From Geminicoccus sp. (GTDB lineage Bacteria; Pseudomonadota; Alphaproteobacteria; UBA7985): DNA of 64,000 nucleotides. The position numbers and the translations under genes were made by a program. This document shows positions 10,816-19,272 of the stretch, piece by piece (position 1 is the stretch's first letter; the number at the start of each line of letters is the position of its first letter). The stretch is taken from assembly GCA_002708995.1 (NCBI GenBank), contig PAPT01000025.1:10548-74547 (forward strand), read 5' to 3'. The notes beneath the pieces were generated by a model that was not told the origin of the DNA, did no database searches, and saw nothing but the letters and a program-made list of their open reading frames with translations.

Positions 10816-11649
10816 TCAGTTGCCCCCTTGGAGCGCAATGGCGGAAATCAGGCGGCCGAAGTCAGGCTGCCGCTGGTGCGCGCTGCGGCGGGCTGAAAAG
10901 AAGCGGCCCGGATCGGCGTAGGTGTCTCCGCCAATATCCTCGAAGTGGGTGACCCCCTCGGCGGCGGCCTGCGCCGCAATGATCCCGGCGATGTCGCCCA
11001 GAAAATGTCCGTCCCGGGCAGCGGGGCGGAAAAAGCGCTCATGGTCGGCGACTGCGCCGCGAAAGTGGTCGGGAAACTCGGGGCCGACTTCGTAGCTTGC
11101 CTGCCGGATCATCGGGCCGAGCGCCAGCCTGATTCGCGCGGGCTCCGCGCCCTGCACCGCCATGGCGTCGATCAGGGCGCGGGTGATGTTCCCTGCCGTG
11201 CCTTTCCAGCCCGAATGCGCAGCGCCGATTACGCCCGCCACCGGATCGACAGCGAGCAGCGAGCCGCAGTCGGCCGACAGCACCCCCAGCGCCAGCCCGG
11301 GAACCCGCGTGACAAGGCCGTCACCCTCCGGCCCCCGGCCGCGCGGCCAGTCGGGCGCAGCGGTCAGACTGACCACCTCGGTCGAATGGGTCTGTGTCAG
11401 GGAGACCAGTGCCTGCGCCGGGAGGTGATCCCGGACGCGGCGGCGGTTCTCATCGACATGGCTTGGGTCGTCGTCGGCTGCGAGGCCACAGTTGAGATCA
11501 TCGCGACCCCAGCTGGTGCCACCCTGCCGAGTGAAGAACCCGTGCCGCACGGTCGATACGCCAGAAAGCAGAGGAGAGAGCAAGGGCGAGACGAGTGGCT
11601 GCGGACCCTCTCTCTCAGTCGCGGTGACAGGTCCGGGTTCGTGCGCCAC
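10816..11649 (-). CDS. pgeF: Peptidoglycan editing factor PgeF (YfiH/DUF152 laccase-domain protein)
   Basis: Conserved HS...VVSLTADCG...AHSGWKG pattern of the YfiH family. GTG start. Confidence 0.8.
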   Translation of the reverse strand: MAHEPGPVTATEREGPQPLVSPLLSPLLSGVSTVRHGFFTRQGGTSWGRDDLNCGLAADDDPSHVDENRRRVRDHLPAQALVSLTQTHSTEVVSLTAAPDWPRGRGPEGDGLVTRVPGLALGVLSADCGSLLAVDPVAGVIGAAHSGWKGTAGNITRALIDAMAVQGAEPARIRLALGPMIRQASYEVGPEFPDHFRGAVADHERFFRPAARDGHFLGDIAGIIAAQAAAEGVTHFEDIGGDTYADPGRFFSARRSAHQRQPDFGRLISAIALQGGN

Positions 11650-11652
11650 GGC

Positions 11653-12801
11653 TCAGTCCTCCGCCGGACCGGCTTCGGCAGTGGGAAAGCCCGCCGGCGG
11701 TGGCAGGGTCTCCGGGAAGGAGCAGGTCCAGGCCTTGAACCGCTCGCCCATGTGGGACTTGCCAACCAACCGCTGGAGCGACTGCAGCAGCTCTGGCGCG
11801 TCGTCGGGGGCGGCTTCGGCCAGCACCTCGAACCGCTGCCAAGCGCCGAGCACCAGCAGGAAGTCGCGCTGAGACACCGGCTTGGGCACGCTCAGCCCGA
11901 CACCGCGCGCAAAGCGGGAGGCCGCGTCGAAATCCACCAGCGTGGTCAGGTCGGCGAGGCCAGGGGTCGCCAGCGGGTCGACCTTCTCGTGTTCGCGAAC
12001 GGCCTGCAGGCTCCAGGCCGCAGCGCGGTCGTCGTGGGCGTAGTCGATGAACAGAGCGGCTCCGCCGTGGGGCCGGAGCAGCGCACTGAGGTCCTTGAAG
12101 AAGCCCAGCAGCGACGGCATGAGCTCGGTGAACAGCCCGTCGGCGGGTGGGGGCAGCAGCGGCAGCACCGGGGTCTGCGGCTGGCCCAGCACGAAGCCCA
12201 GCGCACCATCCTCGCCGACCGCCACCAACCGTTCCAGCCACGCCCCCTGTACCACGGCAAACTGGGCGGTGGGCAACACGTCGAGGAACTCGTTGCCCAG
12301 CACCAGGGTCGGGTGCTCCGGTTCAATCGCGCTCAGCGCTTCGACCCAGCGCGGGTTGTAGGCGGCGAGGTGTTCGGCCTGCAGCGCTTGTAGGGTCGGG
12401 TTGGTCTCGACCATCACCAGATCGACGGCGGGCAGAAACCCGGGCATGGCGCTGGCGGCGCGCAGGGCATCGGCCATGAGCGTCCCACGCCCTGGGCCCA
12501 GCTCGACCAGCGAAACCCGGCCGGGTTGGCCCAGGTCGATCCAGCGCTGCACCAGCCACAGCCCGAGCAACTCGCCGAAGACCTGGCTGATTTCCGGAGC
12601 GGTGACGAAATCACCGGCCGCGCCGATGGCCTGCTGTCGGCGGTAGTAGCCGTGCTCGGGGTGCTGCAGCGCGAGGGTCATGAATTCCGGCACGCTCAGC
12701 GGTCCGGTGGCCCGGATCTGGCGGCGGATCAGATCGGTCAGCGGCCCGGCGTCACTTGCTGGGGTGTCGCTTCCGGTCGGCGGGGGGGGCGTTTCGGTCA
12801 T
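11653..12801 (-). CDS. Class I SAM-dependent methyltransferase, DUF185/MidA (NDUFAF7-like) family
   Basis: LVELGPGRGTLMAD SAM-binding motif and overall MidA-like architecture. Start chosen at ATG 12801 (MTETPPPP), 1 nt after the lgt stop. Confidence 0.7.
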   Translation of the reverse strand: MTETPPPPTGSDTPASDAGPLTDLIRRQIRATGPLSVPEFMTLALQHPEHGYYRRQQAIGAAGDFVTAPEISQVFGELLGLWLVQRWIDLGQPGRVSLVELGPGRGTLMADALRAASAMPGFLPAVDLVMVETNPTLQALQAEHLAAYNPRWVEALSAIEPEHPTLVLGNEFLDVLPTAQFAVVQGAWLERLVAVGEDGALGFVLGQPQTPVLPLLPPPADGLFTELMPSLLGFFKDLSALLRPHGGAALFIDYAHDDRAAAWSLQAVREHEKVDPLATPGLADLTTLVDFDAASRFARGVGLSVPKPVSQRDFLLVLGAWQRFEVLAEAAPDDAPELLQSLQRLVGKSHMGERFKAWTCSFPETLPPPAGFPTAEAGPAED

Positions 12802-12802
12802 C

Positions 12803-13762
12803 TCAGTCGGTCTTCGATTTCGCTTTTGATTTTGGCGTTGGTGCTGGCGCTGCAACTGGCGCCGGGCTGTTCCGAAGCCAGAGCATCAGCGCCACCCCGA
12901 CGATGATCATGGGGACTGATAACTCCTGCCCGGTCGTGAAGGTGCCCAGACCGCCGAACTTAAGCAGGCCCGCCTCCAACCCGTCGTCGGGCTTGCGCAC
13001 GAACTCCACCAGAAAACGAAAGATGGCGTAGCCGGCCATGAAGGCGCCGGTGACAACGCCGGCGCGCGCGCGGATGCCGGGATTTCGCCAGAGCAGGTTG
13101 AGGGCGATGAACAGCACGATGCCTTCGAGCGCGGCTTCATAGAGTTGGCTGGGGTGCCGGGGCTCGGTAAAGCCGATGATCTCCCGGTCGCGGCCATAGA
13201 CCGGAAAGCGCATGGCCCAGGCGACATCGGTCGGGCGACCGTAGAGCTCGGCGTTGATGAAATTGGCGATGCGGCCGAAGAACAGGCCGATGGGCGCGGA
13301 AATGGCCAGCAGGTCGCTGATCTCCCAGTAGTTGGTCCGGGGGTTGAAGCGCGACCACAGGATCACGGCCAGCACCACACCCATGAAACCGCCGTGGAAG
13401 GACATGCCGCCATCCCAGACCGAGACCCAGGCCATCGGGTCGCTCAGATAGCGCTCCGGCTCCCGCTGCAGACCGTAGAACAGCACCGATCCCAGCCGCC
13501 CCCCTGCGACCACCCCGACGATGATCCAGAGGAACAGGTCGTCGACCGCACGCGCGGTGATGGTTTTGGTGCGCGGCAGGCTAGACCGGACCCACAGATA
13601 GCCCAGCAACAACCCGGCGATGTAAGCGAGCGAATACCAGCGGATCGGGATAGGGCCGATGCTAACCAGAACCGGATCGATCTGCGGGTAGGTGATTTCG
13701 GCCAGCCACGGCAGAGCGAGGCCCGCGTCGGGTGCAATTGCGGCGAGGAAAGCAGGGAGCAT
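12803..13762 (-). CDS. lgt: Prolipoprotein diacylglyceryl transferase with Pro/Lys-rich C-terminal tail
   Basis: Lgt signature (YGRPT...WAMRFP, HPSQLYEA) in the C-terminal part of ORF 12803..14188. Start at ATG 13762 (MLPAFLAAIAP...). Confidence 0.9.
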   Translation of the reverse strand: MLPAFLAAIAPDAGLALPWLAEITYPQIDPVLVSIGPIPIRWYSLAYIAGLLLGYLWVRSSLPRTKTITARAVDDLFLWIIVGVVAGGRLGSVLFYGLQREPERYLSDPMAWVSVWDGGMSFHGGFMGVVLAVILWSRFNPRTNYWEISDLLAISAPIGLFFGRIANFINAELYGRPTDVAWAMRFPVYGRDREIIGFTEPRHPSQLYEAALEGIVLFIALNLLWRNPGIRARAGVVTGAFMAGYAIFRFLVEFVRKPDDGLEAGLLKFGGLGTFTTGQELSVPMIIVGVALMLWLRNSPAPVAAPAPTPKSKAKSKTD

Positions 13763-13925
13763 CAGGCTTTGACCTTCAACTATTGGCAGCGTTGCCCTCT
13801 GTTCTATGTCGATGCTGTGGCGAGCGGAAGGCATCGTCGCTATATGGCGGGGCAGGACCGGCGTGCGAGCAGGGCGGCCGGACCGCAGCACTAACGCAAC
13901 GCCGCAGCTAATGGGGACCGACGAC

Positions 13926-14177
13926 ATGCAGAACCAATACCGCTTATTCGACGACCTGGCGCGTCTTGCCAACGGCGCTGTGGGCACGCTCGCCGGCGCC
14001 CGCAATGAGGTCGAAGTGCTGTTCCGCCAGCGGCTTGAAGCTGCGATAGCAGAGATGGACGTGGTCCCGCGCGAGGAATTCGAGGTGGTGCGGGAGATGG
14101 CCCGCAAGGCCCGCGAAGAGAACGAACAGCTGCTGCAGCGGCTGGAGGAACTGGAACAGAAGCTGGCCAAAACCTGA
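13926..14177 (+). CDS. ubiK: UbiK/YqiC (BMFP) family accessory factor
   Basis: 83-aa coiled-coil protein (MQNQYRLFDDLARLANGAVG...EELEQKLAKT) typical of UbiK. Divergent from lgt. Confidence 0.7.
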   Translation: MQNQYRLFDDLARLANGAVGTLAGARNEVEVLFRQRLEAAIAEMDVVPREEFEVVREMARKAREENEQLLQRLEELEQKLAKT

Positions 14178-14486
14178 GGCCGCTCCACCCGCGGACACGC
14201 CTGGAGTTTTCCCGGCTTCTCCTCATTTTATCCCCATGCCTGTGGTCAAAATCGGGGCTCTCAGGCCATCGCTCCACAGAGCCTGTGCGCAAATTATTAT
14301 GCGACCGGTATGGACTTCGACTCGGCGATTTGAGATACAGAGTCCGTCAGTTGCAGCAAACCAGCCTATTGGGAAACGCGGGTTTGGGCGGGCAGCGGAT
14401 AGAGCGAAAAATTCGCCACCGCTTTCCACAGCTGTTGATAACTGTTCGGGTCGGTTTGATCAGAAGGCTGTTGGGGAGCTTATTCG

Positions 14487-14996
14487 ATGGCGTTTTCACG
14501 CTTGGACGTCGCGCGCGAAGACATTCTGAATCCGATAGACGCGCTGGAAGACATGCTCTCCGGAGAAAGCGACTGGACCATCGCCCGTCCCAGCGAAGCC
14601 GAACTCGTCATTGCCTGTCCTGGCCAGTGGGCCACCTACCAACTGCATTGTTTCTGGCAGGAAGACGTCCAGGCCCTGCACACGACCTGCATGCTGGAAA
14701 TGCGGGCACCGGCTCGACTGAATGCTGAGATCAACACCCTGCTCGCCGAAGTCAACGCCAAGCTCTGGGTCGGTCACTTCGAGCTGTCCAAGGAAGAGAC
14801 ATCGCTGATGTTCCGCCACACGCTGCTTCTGCGCGGGATCGGCGGGGGGAGCCACGAGCAGATTGAAGATCTGGTCGACGTGGCCGTTGGCGAGTGCGAC
14901 CGCTTCTATCCAGCCTTTCAGTTCGTGATCTGGGGTGGCCGCGACCCGCAGGATGCGCTGGCATCTTCGCTGCTGGAGACCCAGGGCGAGGCCTGA
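14487..14996 (+). CDS. YbjN-domain protein (putative sensory transduction regulator / T3SS-chaperone-like fold)
   Basis: 169 aa, YbjN-like pattern (paired repeats ending in conserved hydrophobic core). No signal peptide. Confidence 0.55.
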   Translation: MAFSRLDVAREDILNPIDALEDMLSGESDWTIARPSEAELVIACPGQWATYQLHCFWQEDVQALHTTCMLEMRAPARLNAEINTLLAEVNAKLWVGHFELSKEETSLMFRHTLLLRGIGGGSHEQIEDLVDVAVGECDRFYPAFQFVIWGGRDPQDALASSLLETQGEA

Positions 14997-15000
14997 CCGC

Positions 15001-15165
15001 AGCCACGGCCTCTCTCTTCTTTTTCTTTGCGCTCAAACGGCTGCGCCTGGGAGCGCGTCTCCCCTTTGCGCTCAAAACGCTGCGCTATTAGCGCGTTGGC
15101 GTTCTCTGCTGAAACAAGGTTGCGCCGACTTGCCCCCGACCGCGCTTAGCGCGGCGGGGCCAAGC
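15001..15165. repeat. Cluster of GC-rich hairpin repeats ending in an imperfect-palindrome REP-like element (15110-15158)
   Basis: Direct sub-repeats tttgcgctcaaacggctgcgc / tttgcgctcaaaacgctgcgc, palindrome gcgctattagcgc, then ttgcgccgacttgcccccgaccgcgcttagcgcggcggggccaagcgtcg. The latter recurs inverted at 21681-21729. Confidence 0.6.
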
Positions 15166-15257
15166 GTCGACCAACTTTCCTGTATGGCGCGCTCGGGCCT
15201 TGGCTGGCCCCTAAATCAAGGGTTTCCGTGATCCCGAGGCTCTGGCAAGACTGAACC

Positions 15258-16106
15258 ATGACTGATCTTTCGTTCTTTTCATCCCAAAGGCCACTGATCC
15301 TCGCCGGATGCGGCAATATGGGCGGCGCCCTGCTCGACGGCTGGCTCGCCGCCGGTATCGATCCCGGTGCCGTGTTCATCGTCGATCCGCAACTGGCCAA
15401 GGAAGGCTCCGGCCGCAAAGGTGTGGCCTGTGTCGCCTCGACCGCCGACCTGTCGGCCTCGATCGCACCGGCCATGGTCATGCTCGCCGTCAAGCCTCAG
15501 CTCATGCCAGTGGTCGCGCCCGACTACATCGCCATGGTCCGGGAGTCTGGCGGCGCCGTCATCTCCATCGCCGCCGGGATCGGCATGGCGGCCTACGAGG
15601 GCTGGTTCGGCACCGACACCCCCATCGTGCGGGTCATGCCCAACACACCTGCAGCCGTGGGTCAGGGCTTGAGCCTGTTGCTCGGCAACACCGCGGTCGA
15701 CGCCGGCCTGAAAGACCTGAGTGAAGTCATGCTCGAGGCTGTGGGCGCTTGCCTGTGGGTGGACACGGAAGCGCAGATCGACTCGCTGGTCGGCGTCACC
15801 GGCAGCGGTCCGGCCTACGTCTTTCTGCTGATGGAGTGCATGGCCGCTGCGGTCGAGCGCACCGGCCTTTCGCCCGAACAGGCCCGCATGGCCGCGCGCC
15901 AGACCATCCTCGGCGCGGCGACGCTCGCCGATCGGCAACCGGACATCGAGCCCGGTGAACTCCGCCGCCAGGTCACGAGTCCGGGCGGGGTAACTCAGGC
16001 CGCGCTTGAGGTGCTGATGGACGAGGATCGCGGGCTCAGCGCCCTGTTCCTGGAGGCCATGGCCGCCGGCGAGCGGCGCAACGCTGAACTCTCCGGCACG
16101 TCGTAG
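15258..16106 (+). CDS. proC: Pyrroline-5-carboxylate reductase
   Basis: N-terminal Rossmann GCGNMGGAL and C-terminal P5CR dimerisation domain (VTSPGGVTQAALEVL). Confidence 0.9.
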   Translation: MTDLSFFSSQRPLILAGCGNMGGALLDGWLAAGIDPGAVFIVDPQLAKEGSGRKGVACVASTADLSASIAPAMVMLAVKPQLMPVVAPDYIAMVRESGGAVISIAAGIGMAAYEGWFGTDTPIVRVMPNTPAAVGQGLSLLLGNTAVDAGLKDLSEVMLEAVGACLWVDTEAQIDSLVGVTGSGPAYVFLLMECMAAAVERTGLSPEQARMAARQTILGAATLADRQPDIEPGELRRQVTSPGGVTQAALEVLMDEDRGLSALFLEAMAAGERRNAELSGTS

Positions 16107-16190
16107 GCTCAGCCTCGACCGCAGGCTCGTTCCAAGTCCCATTTGCAGATCCGGGCGCAGATCCCTGCGAAATCCCGCTCGCAGGCCTGC

Positions 16191-16889
16191 TTATTCCTCG
16201 CCCCGATGCGTCGTGCCCTCGCCGTCGTGGCCGGGCTCTGCCCGAGCCTTGCCACCGCCAAAACTGATCGCCGGTTCCGTGCCCCGGATCAGCCGGAAAA
16301 CGTTGGCGCGATGCTTGTACCAGACCACGGCAGCGAGCAGAAAACCGAGGATGACGAACCAGTAGGGCAGCGCAATGGCCGAAGCCGCCGCCCGCTCACC
16401 GAACACCGCCGTGAGCAGCGGCAGTGGGGTGAAAGCACCCAGAGCGCCCGCTGATGACCGCCGCGTCACCGCCGCCGTCGCCAGCCACGCCAGCGCCATG
16501 CCGACGAAAATCGGCCACGAAACAGCAGCGAAGGTGCCCAGACCAGTCGCGACGCCCTTGCCGCCTCTGAAGCCCAGCCACACCGGGTAAAGGTGGCCGA
16601 CAAAGGCGGCGGTACCGGCAAAGACGCCCGCTTCCCAGCCGACCAACCACCAGGCCAGCGCAGCCGCGAACCCGCCCTTGCCGGCGTCGAGGACCAGCAC
16701 CGCCAGCGCCAGCGGACGGTTGCCCGTCCGCAATACGTTGGTTGCGCCGATGTTGCCCGAGCCGATCTTGCGGATGTCGCCGTAGCCGGCCAGCCGGGTC
16801 AGCACGAGGCCAAAGGGAACCGCCCCCAGCAGGTACCCCACGCCGATCGACAGCAACCAGGGAAGGAGTGACCCGTTTTCCAACATCAT
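16191..16889 (-). CDS. plsY: Glycerol-3-phosphate acyltransferase PlsY
   Basis: PlsY motifs (GSGNIGATNVLR, GGKGVATG). Start at ATG 16889. The upstream ORF extension is rejected. Confidence 0.9.
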   Translation of the reverse strand: MMLENGSLLPWLLSIGVGYLLGAVPFGLVLTRLAGYGDIRKIGSGNIGATNVLRTGNRPLALAVLVLDAGKGGFAAALAWWLVGWEAGVFAGTAAFVGHLYPVWLGFRGGKGVATGLGTFAAVSWPIFVGMALAWLATAAVTRRSSAGALGAFTPLPLLTAVFGERAAASAIALPYWFVILGFLLAAVVWYKHRANVFRLIRGTEPAISFGGGKARAEPGHDGEGTTHRGEE

Positions 16890-16992
16890 GCGCTTTGTCC
16901 TCGCTTTCGTCTCTCGATCTGTTCTAGAGCCTTTTGCAGCCGAGGCATACAACAGCCTCAACCTTCCACAGCGCAGGCGCGAAAGGTCTGAT

Positions 16993-17331
16993 ATGGCTGA
17001 AATCAGTTTCGACGACTTCCTCAAAGTCGACATCCGCGTCGGCACCGTGACCCGGGCGGAGCCCTTTCCTGAAGCCCGGCGGCCGGCGATCAAGCTCTGG
17101 GTCGATTTTGGCGAGGAGCTCCGCGAACGCAAATCCAGCGCTCAGATCACCGAGCACTACCGTCCTGAAGAGCTCGTCGGGCGGCAGGTCATCGCCGTGG
17201 TCAACTTCCCGGCCAAGCAGATCGGGCCGTTTATGAGCGAGTTTCTGACCCTTGGGCTTCACGACGAAAATGATCACGTGGTGCTGGTGGCGCCGGATCA
17301 GGGGATTCCGAACGGTGCGCGACTGGCTTGA
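16993..17331 (+). CDS. csaA: tRNA-binding protein CsaA (MetRS C-terminal-like tRNA-binding domain)
   Basis: DFLKVDIRVGTV...IKLWVDFGEE pattern of the Trbp111/CsaA family. Confidence 0.8.
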   Translation: MAEISFDDFLKVDIRVGTVTRAEPFPEARRPAIKLWVDFGEELRERKSSAQITEHYRPEELVGRQVIAVVNFPAKQIGPFMSEFLTLGLHDENDHVVLVAPDQGIPNGARLA

Positions 17332-17742
17332 TCAATCGTTGGACCCGGCTTCGTCCTGAAAATCCATCACGCAGCCGTTCATGCAGTAGCGCAGGCCCGT
17401 GGGTCCAGGGCCGTCGGGGAAGACGTGCCCGAGGTGCGATTCACAGCGCGCGCAATGGATCTCTGTCCGGGTCATGAAGAAGCTGCGGTCGGTGGTCTGG
17501 CCCACGACTTCAGCGTCGATGGGCTGGGTGAACGACGGCCATCCCGAGCCTGAGTCATACTTGTCCTCAGAACTGAACAGCACCTGACCGCAACCAGCGC
17601 AGGCATAGCGACCGGCGGCCTTGTTATCGTTCAGCGGCGAGGAAAAGGGGCGCTCGGTCCCGTGCCGGCGGGCGACCTGAAATTGTTCCTCGGAGAGGCG
17701 TTGCTTCCAATCGGCTTCGGAGAGGGCTTTGAAATCGGTCAT
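17332..17742 (-). CDS. msrB: Peptide-methionine (R)-S-oxide reductase MsrB
   Basis: Two CxxC zinc motifs (CAGCGQ; CARCESHLGHVF) and catalytic RYCMN signature. Confidence 0.9.
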   Translation of the reverse strand: MTDFKALSEADWKQRLSEEQFQVARRHGTERPFSSPLNDNKAAGRYACAGCGQVLFSSEDKYDSGSGWPSFTQPIDAEVVGQTTDRSFFMTRTEIHCARCESHLGHVFPDGPGPTGLRYCMNGCVMDFQDEAGSND

Positions 17743-17837
17743 GCTTTGTCTCAGGGTTCCCGGGGTTGAGGCTGGCTGGCGCGGTAGGCGGGTTGGGCGT
17801 TGTCGGCGGGTTTCGCGGAGTTGGTAACGCCGGGGCT

Positions 17838-18491
17838 TCAGGCTGTGCCCGTACTCAGGCGGACCTGGTCAGGAATATGGACCTGCGAGGCCCGAAACCA
17901 ATCGTCGCGCCACAGGCGATAGCGCCGTAGGCGCACCTGGGTGCCCGGCGGTTCCTCCCAGCTCAGTGGAGCGCTGACGAATTCCTCGCCCTGAACGCCG
18001 AAGTGCAGCCCCTGCAGCAGATCGGCGGAAGCATCATTGCCTTCGATCACCGCTGCCTCGACCGCGATCAGCGCCGGATCCGCGTCGAACATGTGCGAGA
18101 GCAGCAGGCGCAGTGCGGTCCGGCCATAGCCCTGCCGCTGCCAAGGCGGTGCCACCCAGTAGGCCAGCTCCGGTGGTCGGCTGGCATCGCCGACGAAAAT
18201 CGCCGAGCACGCCCCGACCATGGGCTTTCCGGGTTGGTCATCGGCGGTGATGGCGAAGTGGTAACCGCGGCCGGACGCCAGATCCCGGCGCGACTCCCGC
18301 ACCCGCTGCCGGGCCAGCCAGCGCGGCCAGGGCACAGGAAAACTGATCATCCAGTGCGCCACGGCGCGGTCGCTGCCCTGCTCGACGATGGCTGGAACGT
18401 CAGCCTTCTCGAAGGGCCGCAGGCGCACCCGGTCTGCGCTCAGGGCAGTCACAGGTGAAGGCGGCAGAGGCAGGAGCCACAGATCAATCAT
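17838..18491 (-). CDS. GNAT family N-acetyltransferase (RimL-like)
   Basis: Acetyl-CoA binding motif QRQGYGRTAL. Confidence 0.75.
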   Translation of the reverse strand: MIDLWLLPLPPSPVTALSADRVRLRPFEKADVPAIVEQGSDRAVAHWMISFPVPWPRWLARQRVRESRRDLASGRGYHFAITADDQPGKPMVGACSAIFVGDASRPPELAYWVAPPWQRQGYGRTALRLLLSHMFDADPALIAVEAAVIEGNDASADLLQGLHFGVQGEEFVSAPLSWEEPPGTQVRLRRYRLWRDDWFRASQVHIPDQVRLSTGTA

Positions 18492-18604
18492 TTTCGACTT
18501 CAGGTTTATGACGCAAGTGTCTGATAACTTTACTTTGGTGCGACCCTATGAGAAACCATTTTCGCGCGGACCTCAATCGCCCCGCGACCGCATACTCCAG
18601 CCGG

Positions 18605-19168
18605 ATGAACCATTCCATGATCCTGAAGCGACCGAGCCGCGTGCTCGCTGGTCTCGCCTTTCTCTTCGCGCTCTTTGCCACCCCGACAGGGGCGGTGGCA
18701 CAGTCCTCGAACGGTGGCGACAGCCAGCAGTCCGCCTCGGGGTCGGAAACGCCGTCTGAGCAGCAGGCCAAAACCCGGTCGGGTTCCGGTTCGGGAGCGG
18801 CGGGCGACTTGACGCTGGACAAGCTGCGCGAGCTGACCCCGGAGCAGAAGGCGCGGCTGCGCTCCCAGTATGAAAAGCGTTCGTTCCTGCGCCACTTCAC
18901 CAAGATGGACCACAACAACGACGGCGCGCTGACCCGCGACGAGATGCTGACCTACTTCACCATCATCCACACGGTTTTCGATGCGGACTACAATGACGTC
19001 GTCAGCATGGTTGAAGCGCCGACCCTGCTGCTGCGGATCAAGCTCATGGGCAGGGCCTTCCCCGAAGAAGGCCTGACCCTGCCCGACTTGCAGGCCCGGC
19101 TGGACGAGACCTTCACCTTCCTCGACGAGAACCAGAACGGCAAGCTGGGTTGGCCCGAACTTCTCTGA
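18605..19168 (+). CDS. Secreted EF-hand calcium-binding protein
   Basis: Signal peptide (LAGLAFLFALFATPTGAVAQ), low-complexity Ser/Gly linker, two canonical EF-hand loops DHNNDGALTRDE and DENQNGKLGWPE. Start ATG 18605 or 18617. Confidence 0.7.
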   Translation: MNHSMILKRPSRVLAGLAFLFALFATPTGAVAQSSNGGDSQQSASGSETPSEQQAKTRSGSGSGAAGDLTLDKLRELTPEQKARLRSQYEKRSFLRHFTKMDHNNDGALTRDEMLTYFTIIHTVFDADYNDVVSMVEAPTLLLRIKLMGRAFPEEGLTLPDLQARLDETFTFLDENQNGKLGWPELL

Positions 19169-19260
19169 CTGGGCTGCTCTGACTGGGCTGTTCCGACGAG
19201 ACTGTTCCGACCGGGCTGTTCCGACGAGACTGTTCCGACGAGACTGTTCCGACTGGCCGG
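19167..19260. repeat. 14-bp tandem direct repeat, ~6.7 copies (consensus gacgagactgttcc / gactgggctgttcc)
   Basis: Units at 19167, 19181, 19195, 19209, 19223, 19237, plus a partial unit at 19251. The array starts inside the stop codon of the EF-hand gene and fills the convergent gap to uvrB. Confidence 0.85.
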
Positions 19261-19272
19261 TACACTCCGGCT

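Noticed and set aside
10945-12393. 482-aa + strand ORF and several other 100-400-aa ORFs across 10.9-12.9 kb
   Set aside because: They overlap pgeF and the DUF185 methyltransferase on the opposite strand. Their translations are Arg/Gly/Pro-rich with no domain signatures, typical of GC-rich non-coding frames.
13763-14188. N-terminal 142 residues of the 461-aa lgt ORF
   Set aside because: Ser/Arg-rich low complexity, antisense to ubiK. Lgt homology begins at the internal ATG 13762.
19167-19260. Possible CRISPR array
   Set aside because: Repeat unit is only 14 bp with no intervening unique spacers and no cas genes. This is a simple tandem repeat.
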